Source: Candidatus Ornithomonoglobus sp. (GTDB lineage: Bacteria; Bacillota; Clostridia; UBA1381). Taken from it: a stretch of 40,944 bases of DNA. Position 1 is the stretch's first letter; the number at the start of each line of letters is the position of its first letter. The stretch is from positions 1 through 40,944 of the forward strand of contig JBJEIV010000326.1 in assembly GCA_051877395.1 (NCBI GenBank). The letters are read 5' to 3'. Under the pieces are notes generated by a model. That model did no database searches. It was not told where the DNA came from and was given only the letters and a program-made list of their open reading frames with translations. Shown in pieces: positions 35,175-40,944 of this stretch. Both the position numbers and the translations under genes were made by a program.

Positions 35175-36122
35175 TTATAATTCTATCTTTTCAATTACTC
35201 CGCGAAGCACATCCGCGCTGTGACGAAGCTTTCCAATCTCCTCATCGGTCAGTCTTACGGGAACCTTGCACCGTACCCCCTGAGGTCCTATAAGCGTCGG
35301 AACGCTGATACATACATCACTTATTCCATACTCACCGTGAAGCATTGATGTCACAGTAGAAATCGAATCGTAAGCCGAAAGCAGAAGCGAGCACAGACGG
35401 CATACCGAAACAGATACCGCATAGAAGGTCGCGCCCTTATTCTCGATAATTCTTGCTCCCGACTCATGTATATAGGCTGTCATCTTGTCCTCGTCAAGCG
35501 GCTCAAATTTCTTTCCGTGCTGCTCCATCATCTCCGCATACTCGCTTATTGAGCAGCCCGAAATCTTTGCCACCGACCACGGCACAAAGGAGGAATCGCC
35601 ATGCTCGCCGAAAACATACGCGTGAATGTTTCTCTGAGCTATCTGATAGTGCTCCGAAAGACCGTATCTCAGTCTTGCGGTATCAAGCAGCGTTCCCGAG
35701 CCCATGATCTGATTTTCCGGCAGACCCGATATTTTCGTAAAAACATAGGTCATAATGTCTACCGGATTGCTTACTATAATGTATAACGCGTTCGGTGCAG
35801 CCTTTACAATGTCCGGTGTTATACTCTTCAAAATATCAACATTTGTCTGTGTAAGCTCTATTCTTGTCTGTCCCGGCTTACGCGCAACTCCCGATGTTAT
35901 AATAACAATATCGGAATCCTTCGCATCCTCATAATCACCCGCGATAACCGATATAGGATCGCGGAAGGAAGCTCCCTGCACAATATCCATTGCCTCACCG
36001 ACAACCTTCTGCTTATTGATGTCAATCATTACGATTTCCGATGCAATATCCTCGTTTGAAAGAGTGTAGGCGATTGTTGAACCCACGCTTCCCGCGCCAA
36101 TGATGGTAATTTTACTACTCAT
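35175..36122 (-). CDS. ldh: L-lactate dehydrogenase (NAD-dependent)
   Basis: 315 aa with the motifs IIGAGSVGSTIAYTL, ITSGVARKPGQTR and FGEHGDSSFVPWS. Only 26 nt, including an AAAGGAG RBS, separate it from hdrB. Confidence 0.93.
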   Translation of the reverse strand: MSSKITIIGAGSVGSTIAYTLSNEDIASEIVMIDINKQKVVGEAMDIVQGASFRDPISVIAGDYEDAKDSDIVIITSGVARKPGQTRIELTQTNVDILKSITPDIVKAAPNALYIIVSNPVDIMTYVFTKISGLPENQIMGSGTLLDTARLRYGLSEHYQIAQRNIHAYVFGEHGDSSFVPWSVAKISGCSISEYAEMMEQHGKKFEPLDEDKMTAYIHESGARIIENKGATFYAVSVSVCRLCSLLLSAYDSISTVTSMLHGEYGISDVCISVPTLIGPQGVRCKVPVRLTDEEIGKLRHSADVLRGVIEKIEL

Positions 36123-36192
36123 ATAACATACTTCTCCTGTATTTTTTCTGTTAATATCACAGTAATATTATTAATGTAATATCACAGCTACA

Positions 36193-36221
36193 ATAATACC
36201 ACATTGACAACAATTTCACAA
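36193..36221 (-). promoter_or_regulatory. Putative ldh-operon promoter overlapping a Rex-like operator
   Basis: On the minus strand: TTGTGA (36216-36221), a 17-nt spacer, then TATTAT (36193-36198). The 18-bp TTGACAACAATTTCACAA (36204-36221) matches the Rex consensus TTGTGAAnnnnTTCACAA at 12 of 14 specified positions. Confidence 0.45.
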
Positions 36222-36362
36222 GCTTTTTTCACATAATCGAAATAATTTTTCGCAATGGAACAGTTTTTACAATTTTCCGGTCAAAAAATTGTGTATTTTG
36301 CGTCAACATATAGGTAACTAAAGTTAGTCTTGAATGATTAAATTTGTTCTGCATACAGACAA

Positions 36363-36392
36363 CAGCAGCCGCTGCTCCGGCAGCGGCTGCTG
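36363..36392 (-). terminator. GC-rich hairpin terminator after the XRE regulator gene
   Basis: Perfect 13-bp stem CAGCAGCCGCTGC-TCCG-GCAGCGGCTGCTG, 17 nt downstream of the stop at 36409. The U-tract is weak (TTGTCTGT). Confidence 0.6.
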
Positions 36393-36408
36393 TATTCTCG
36401 GTCATTCG

Positions 36409-36759
36409 TCAAATCGGCGATCCTCTTGAAACGCGTCTGAAAATTCTCATCATTCGTAAAAGCTCCTTTTGATTTTCTTCGCTCATTGAAGCCGCATTAT
36501 TCATAATTCTGGAAAACAGGGTAGGATTTCCTTTCTTGTCCGGGTCGAAGCTAAAAGAGAATAATTCAGACAGCGAAACACCGAGCGCGTCTGCAATTCC
36601 GGCTACGGTATCAACCGTAGGATTTTTTGCGGCGCGTTCAATCTGCCCCAGATGAGCCGCGCTTATTCCCGCCTTGAAGGCAAGCTCCTCCTGGCTCATT
36701 CCGAGAGAGTTTCGTATTTTTCTAATTTCTTTCCCCAATTTTACACCAACAGTTTCCAT
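36409..36759 (-). CDS. XRE-family helix-turn-helix transcriptional regulator
   Basis: HTH_3 signature IRKIRNSLGMSQEELAFKAGISAAHLGQIERAAKNPTVDTVAGIADALGVSLSELF. The start is probably METVGV at 36759. Confidence 0.8.
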   Translation of the reverse strand: METVGVKLGKEIRKIRNSLGMSQEELAFKAGISAAHLGQIERAAKNPTVDTVAGIADALGVSLSELFSFSFDPDKKGNPTLFSRIMNNAASMSEENQKELLRMMRIFRRVSRGSPI

Positions 36760-36868
36760 GCTGACCATTAAATCCTTTCATAAAAGCACTTTGAATATTC
36801 TTTTTCTTATTTTTATTATCTCATTTGACAGCAACAATATCAAATTACTTTAGGCATTAATATTTTTT

Positions 36869-36911
36869 AATATCTAAAGATATTGACATTTACCGAAAAC
36901 TATGATATACT
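36869..36911 (+). promoter_or_regulatory. Promoter of the PH-domain gene with an overlapping palindromic operator
   Basis: Perfect inverted repeat AATATCT-AA-AGATATT (36869-36884) overlaps TTGACA (36883-36888). A 17-nt spacer follows, then TG-a-TATACT (36906-36911). Confidence 0.5.
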
Positions 36912-36944
36912 TCTACTAAAATAATACTAAGGAGGACATGGCTG

Positions 36945-37388
36945 ATGAGCTATATTCAGAAAAACTTAAAGCGGGATGAGGAAATCGTTATGGAGGGAAA
37001 GCTGCACGGCGCGATGCTTATACCTCATGTTCTTTTGATGTTTCTGGGAGTCGGTTTTTTTACCATTATTCCCGCCGTAATTAAAATGAAAACCACTGAA
37101 ATCACAATTACAAACAAAAGAGTGGTCGGAAAAATCGGACTGATAAAAACGACCGAGCTTGACACTCCGCTTAATAAAGTTAATAATGTAACCGTCAACA
37201 GCGGTTTCTGGGGGAAGATATTCGGCTACGGAACTATTAAAATAACCTCTTCCTCAGATGATTATGAATTTTCCGGAATAAAAAATGCCGCCGGCTTCCG
37301 TTCTGCGCTTATGAACCAGATAGATCAGTTTGACGAGGACAGAATTAAAAAACAGGCTCAGGAAATGGCAAAAGCCATGAAATCATAA
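36945..37388 (+). CDS. Bacterial PH-domain (bPH_2 / membrane-flanked) protein
   Basis: 147 aa. One hydrophobic hairpin (MLIPHVLLMFLGVGFFTIIPAVI) is followed by ITITNKRVVGKIGLI...GTIKITS, typical of bPH_2. An AAGGAGGA RBS is present. Confidence 0.7.
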   Translation: MSYIQKNLKRDEEIVMEGKLHGAMLIPHVLLMFLGVGFFTIIPAVIKMKTTEITITNKRVVGKIGLIKTTELDTPLNKVNNVTVNSGFWGKIFGYGTIKITSSSDDYEFSGIKNAAGFRSALMNQIDQFDEDRIKKQAQEMAKAMKS

Positions 37389-37418
37389 TTATTCCCCTGT
37401 TAAAAGTAATATTTAAAA

Positions 37419-37452
37419 GGCTCTGAGGCTCATTGAGCTTCGGAGCCTTTTT
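37419..37452 (+). terminator. Intrinsic terminator after the PH-domain gene
   Basis: 13-bp stem GGCTCTGAGGCTC-ATT-GAGCTTCGGAGCC (two G-U pairs) followed by TTTTT. Confidence 0.8.
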
Positions 37453-37483
37453 CAGCGCTTCCTACGCTGTGATATAAAAACGT

Positions 37484-37596
37484 AAAAACATGAAATTGGT
37501 GAATTGACAAAGTAAATTCTCGTTTGCCAGACTAAATTCTCCATGGAAACATTTTACACGAGAATTTACTTTGGCAATTAAGAAAAACATGAAATT
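37484..37596. repeat. MITE-like element of about 85 bp: 20-24-bp terminal inverted repeats flanked by 14-bp direct repeats
   Basis: AAAAACATGAAATT occurs at 37484-37497 and 37583-37596. The inverted repeats are TTGACAAAGTAAATTCTCGT (37504-37523) and ACGAGAATTTACTTTGGCAA (37558-37577), with one mismatch. Confidence 0.6.
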
Positions 37597-37620
37597 TCCC
37601 CGAAAGTTTTCCTGACGGTA

Positions 37621-37649
37621 TTGCAAAATCTTCCGCTCCGTGCTATAAT
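37621..37649 (+). promoter_or_regulatory. Putative sigma-A promoter of the PHP gene
   Basis: TTGCAA (37621-37626), a 17-nt spacer, then TATAAT (37644-37649). Confidence 0.5.
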
Positions 37650-37695
37650 ATAATAGTAGTAGTATGAGAAAACATATGAAAGGAGGCGCGCGGGC

Positions 37696-38343
37696 ATGAT
37701 AATGGATCTTCATAATCATACAATCTTCAGCTATGACGGAAAGAATACCCCCGAGGAGATTATCGAAAATGCCATTGAGCATGGAGTTGACGCCGTCGGT
37801 ATTACCGACCATCAGTTCTCAATCGGCGCACATATACGGGAATATGTTAATAAGCTGCTTGAATGCAAGGCTAAGTATGCCGGGTATATCAAGGTGCTTG
37901 CCGGACTTGAAATAGGCACCCGTCCGCGCCCAGACGATCTTTTTACCTATGACATAGCGGAGCTGGACTTTGTCCTTTTTGAGAGCCTTGACGATTACCG
38001 CGCGATGGACTTCTTTGAGTTTGTTCAGTGGCGGCATCGCTTTGAGTGTCCTGTCGGGCTTGCCCATTGCGACATTTTCGCCATGAGCGAGCGTTACGGC
38101 TTAGACATGACAGAGGTTCTCAAAGCCGAAAAAATCTTCTGGGAGCTTAACACCTCCGGAAATTATAACTGCTACTATGATTTTCTTACAAACGCGTCCA
38201 AGCGTGAGGCGATACGCCGCGCGGGAATAGGTGTGAGCGTAGGCTCGGACACGCACGCGCTTTGCGAATACCGCTTTAAGCAGCTAAAGCGCGCCAATGA
38301 GCTTGCTGCGGCTTGTGGGCTGAGACCGCCGTTTGTATTTTAA
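37696..38343 (+). CDS. PHP-domain metal-dependent phosphoesterase (possible histidinol-phosphatase, given the his context)
   Basis: 215 aa with DLHNHTIFSYDG and GITDHQ motifs of the PHP fold. An AGGAGG RBS is present. It lies upstream of hisZ-hisG-hisA. Confidence 0.7.
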   Translation: MIMDLHNHTIFSYDGKNTPEEIIENAIEHGVDAVGITDHQFSIGAHIREYVNKLLECKAKYAGYIKVLAGLEIGTRPRPDDLFTYDIAELDFVLFESLDDYRAMDFFEFVQWRHRFECPVGLAHCDIFAMSERYGLDMTEVLKAEKIFWELNTSGNYNCYYDFLTNASKREAIRRAGIGVSVGSDTHALCEYRFKQLKRANELAAACGLRPPFVF

Positions 38344-38372
38344 ACACGAAACTCAGTGGCTGTATCAAAACT

Positions 38373-38565
38373 AAATTATTGTTTAGCTGCCTCTGTTCTT
38401 GCCTCCCTCCGGGAGGGAGGTGGGCGCCGACAGGCGCTCGGAGGGAGTAATGGGGACGTAAATTTGGGATAAAACCACACTTTCGCGCCCGCATTCTCCC
38501 CCTTGCCGCTTCGCGGCGTTCCCCCTCCCGGAGGGGGACAAGCTTACGCCGCTAAACAATAATTT
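38373..38565. repeat. Composite GC-rich palindromic element: two inverted repeat units bounded by perfect 15-bp terminal inverted repeats
   Basis: AAATTATTGTTTAGC (38373-38387) pairs with GCTAAACAATAATTT (38551-38565). The right unit (38496-38565) matches window bases 1-69. The left unit (38373-38447) is a diverged inverted copy that keeps the same hairpins through compensatory changes. Confidence 0.8.
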
Positions 38566-38687
38566 ATTGCTCTAATTTCTAACACATGAATTTCAACTTA
38601 AACAAAGTTGAAAAAAATCTGATAATAGAGCCGGCTCTGTTTTGATACAGCCCCTTGTATTGATATAAACAGAAAGGAATTTTAGCA

Positions 38688-39992
38688 ATGCCTGATTGGA
38701 AACTGCATACGCCTAACGGCGTAAACGACGTACTACCGAATGAATGCGCGGTAAAAAAGGATATTGAAAATACTATCTGGATGGTATTCAACACCTTCGG
38801 TTATAAGGAAATTGAGTCGCCGTCCTTTGAATACTATGACTGCTACAGCGGCGAAACAGGTCAGATTTCGCAGGAAAAGCTGTACAAATTTTTTGACGAG
38901 CAGGGCAGGATCCTCGCCCTCCGTCCGGACTTTACAACCTCAATCGCAAGAATGGCAGCCACAAAGGCGCAGAACGCGACACTCCCGATAAGATATATGT
39001 ATACGGGCAGCGTTTTCAGAGCCGAGCACACCGAGGGCGTAAGACGCCGCGAAATCACACAGAGCGGCATTGAGCTTATAGGCTCCTACAGCGCGAAGGC
39101 AGACGCGGAGGTTATCGCCGCCGCGATAGAGGCTATGCTGGCTCTGGGTATCGAGGAAATATCAATGGAAATAGGGCAGGTGGCATTTTTCAACGGTCTT
39201 GTTGAGCAGCTCGGTCTTGACGCCGAAACAACCGAAAAGCTCCGCGCGAGAATTGATTCAAAGGATTCGCAGGGCATCAGAAAGCTTGTAGATAAGCTCA
39301 ACATTGAAGAGAACATCAAGCAAGTTATGATCGACCTCCCCTATCTCTTCGGTGATGCTTCAATAATTGATCGCGCGAATGTTCCGGGACTTAACGAAAC
39401 CTCAAAGGTTGCCCTTGACAACCTCAGACAGATATATGATCTTCTCTGTGCATATGACTTTGAGCAGTATATTTCGCTTGACCTCGGAATGCTCCAGAGC
39501 ATCGACTACTACACCGGCTCGATCTTCAAGTGCTACACCCACGGCGTCGGCTTCCCGATTGCCGCCGGCGGACGCTATGACAACCTCATGGGAATGTTCG
39601 GCGCGCCTAAGGGGGCTGTCGGCTGCGCGATAGGCGTGAACAGAATTATGCAGGTTTACACAGATAAGCCCGACGAGGTTCCCTCAACGCTGATATACGC
39701 CGAGAAGAACGCGGACAGAGCCGCCTATGACCTTGCCCATAATCTCAGAATAAACGGCTGTCTTACGGAAATGTATATAGGCAGCGGAAGCTTTAAGGAT
39801 GCTGAGAGGTACGCCGAAGCGACAAACAACACCTGCATTCTCCGCGTATATCCCGACGGCAGACTTACAATTTACGATTATGAAAAGGACGATACCCTCG
39901 AAACCACGGTAAACGAATTTCTCGGCTACGGCGTAAGCGACGAGCCTCAGCCCATGCCCTCACCGCAGGAGCTGGGCTTTAGAATGTTTTAA
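38688..39992 (+). CDS. hisZ: ATP phosphoribosyltransferase regulatory subunit HisZ
   Basis: 434-aa HisRS-paralogue pattern ([50 protein letters not shown]). It directly precedes a short-form hisG. Confidence 0.88.
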   Translation: MPDWKLHTPNGVNDVLPNECAVKKDIENTIWMVFNTFGYKEIESPSFEYYDCYSGETGQISQEKLYKFFDEQGRILALRPDFTTSIARMAATKAQNATLPIRYMYTGSVFRAEHTEGVRRREITQSGIELIGSYSAKADAEVIAAAIEAMLALGIEEISMEIGQVAFFNGLVEQLGLDAETTEKLRARIDSKDSQGIRKLVDKLNIEENIKQVMIDLPYLFGDASIIDRANVPGLNETSKVALDNLRQIYDLLCAYDFEQYISLDLGMLQSIDYYTGSIFKCYTHGVGFPIAAGGRYDNLMGMFGAPKGAVGCAIGVNRIMQVYTDKPDEVPSTLIYAEKNADRAAYDLAHNLRINGCLTEMYIGSGSFKDAERYAEATNNTCILRVYPDGRLTIYDYEKDDTLETTVNEFLGYGVSDEPQPMPSPQELGFRMF

Positions 39993-40009
39993 TGAAAGGA
40001 ACCGGTATA

Positions 40010-40657
40010 ATGAGATATTTGACAGTGGCTCTTGCAAAGGGCAGACTTGCGGAGCTTGCAATGGATATATTTACTTCTATAGGAATGGACTGCTCGGAAA
40101 TGAAGGAGAAGTCCAGAAAGCTCATCTTTACTGATGAAAAGAACAAAATGAAGTTCATCCTCGTCAAGGCGTCCGATGTTCCGACCTATGTTGAATACGG
40201 CGCGGCTGACATCGGCATTGTCGGAAAGGACACGCTTTTAGAGGAAAGCAGAAACATCTACGAAATGGTAGACCTTGGATTTGGCAAATGCAATATGTGC
40301 GTATGCGGCAGACCGGAGCTTAAGGGCAGGCTTGACGAAATAACAAACCTCAAGGTTGCCTCAAAATACCCAAATATAGCGAGAAAGTATTTTCAGGATG
40401 AAAAGGGCCAGACCATTGACATTATAAAGCTCAACGGCTCCGTGGAGCTTGGTCCGCTTGTAGGTCTTTCGGACGTTATCGTGGATATTGTTGAAACAGG
40501 CGCGACGCTGCGCGAAAACGGGCTTGACGTGCTTGAGGTAGTATGTCCTCTCAGCGCCCGCTTTGTTGTCAATAAGGTGAGCATGAAGATGGAAAAGGAC
40601 CGCATTATGGAGATGGTCAAAGCATTCATGGAAAAAACGGAGGGCAGCGAGGAATGA
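40010..40657 (+). CDS. hisG: ATP phosphoribosyltransferase (short form)
   Basis: [13 protein letters not shown] ... DIGIVGKD ... [11 protein letters not shown] motifs. The ATG at 40010 is more typical than the one at 39992. Confidence 0.9.
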   Translation: MRYLTVALAKGRLAELAMDIFTSIGMDCSEMKEKSRKLIFTDEKNKMKFILVKASDVPTYVEYGAADIGIVGKDTLLEESRNIYEMVDLGFGKCNMCVCGRPELKGRLDEITNLKVASKYPNIARKYFQDEKGQTIDIIKLNGSVELGPLVGLSDVIVDIVETGATLRENGLDVLEVVCPLSARFVVNKVSMKMEKDRIMEMVKAFMEKTEGSEE

Positions 40658-40944
40658 GAATTTATCCGGCAATAGATATAAAGGACGGACAGTGCGTCCG
40701 CCTGTTAAAAGGACGCTTTGATCAGATTACCGTATATGGCAATGATCCCGCCGAAATGGCTAAGAAATGGGAATCTCTCGGCGGTGAATACATTCATGTT
40801 GTCGATCTCGACGGCGCGCTAAAAGGTCACGGCGTAAATGCCGACGCAATCAGAAAAATCTGTGAAAGCGTAAGCGTTCCCGTCCAGACCGGCGGCGGCA
40901 TAAGAACAATGGAGGATATTGAAGCAAAGCTTGCCTGCGGTATC
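40654..40944 (+). CDS. hisA: HisA, 1-(5-phosphoribosyl)-5-[(5-phosphoribosylamino)methylideneamino]imidazole-4-carboxamide isomerase (partial, runs off the window)
   Basis: My own translation from the ATG at 40654 (ATGA overlap with the hisG stop): [32 protein letters not shown]...HVVDLDGA...VQTGGGIR. It is open to the window end and absent from the ORF track because there is no stop. Confidence 0.9.
   Translation, partial: MRIYPAIDIKDGQCVRLLKGRFDQITVYGNDPAEMAKKWESLGGEYIHVVDLDGALKGHGVNADAIRKICESVSVPVQTGGGIRTMEDIEAKLACGI

Noticed and set aside
37462-37812. 116-aa minus-strand ORF spanning the MITE-like element and the start of the PHP gene
   Set aside because: It overlaps the well-supported PHP gene start and its promoter. 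It has no RBS, its sequence is low-complexity, and it is largely encoded by the palindromic repeat. I treat it as spurious.
38276-38494. 72-aa minus-strand ORF (MRARKCGFIPNLRPHYSLRAPVGAHLPPGGRQ...)
   Set aside because: It is encoded almost entirely by the GC-rich palindromic repeat and overlaps the end of the PHP gene. This is the typical false ORF generated by such repeats.
38566-38687. Possible His T-box or attenuator leader upstream of hisZ, and similarly upstream of the PHP gene
   Set aside because: The region is only about 120 nt and lacks the T-box motif and any His-codon-rich leader peptide. Only small hairpins are present (TTCAACTT/AGTTGAA and AGAGCC/GGCTCT).

Overview
This is a 40.9-kb chromosomal window from what looks like a strictly anaerobic Firmicute. 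The lineage call is an inference from Clostridia-type gene content: an SLH wall protein, Hdr/Flx redox genes, MutS2, and short-form HisG with HisZ. I can support about 44 protein-coding genes (one partial at the right edge), two identical tandem tRNA-Lys(CUU) genes, no rRNA and no CRISPR array.

Most of the window is core metabolism and maintenance: GH43 with an AraC regulator, a C-N hydrolase, DUF1015, ybaK, mutS2, cysK-metY, ruvC, argG, and PHP-hisZ-hisG-hisA.

Three things stand out:
1. An AT-rich accessory island of about 5.5 kb (about 17.4-22.9 kb). It abuts the tRNA-Lys pair and a recombinase C-terminal remnant. It carries a translationally coupled five-gene nucleoside/nucleotide-enzyme cassette (ASCH, P-loop kinase, cytidine-deaminase fold, NUDIX, P-loop kinase). 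This is followed by an ABC-ATPase plus DUF4435/TOPRIM pair that matches the PARIS (AriA/AriB) / AbiL-like defence architecture.
2. A tightly packed ten-gene redox operon of about 9.8 kb on the minus strand: NAD-type ldh, hdrB, hdrC, hdrA, mvhD/flxD, flxC, flxB, flxA, then an Sdh/Frd/Apr-like Fe-S subunit and flavoprotein. A Rex-like operator lies upstream.
3. Two families of highly structured intergenic repeats whose copies differ by compensatory (stem-preserving) substitutions. There are also two small palindromic insertions flanked by 14-bp direct repeats.

All calls come from reading the sequence and ORF translations. No database search was run.
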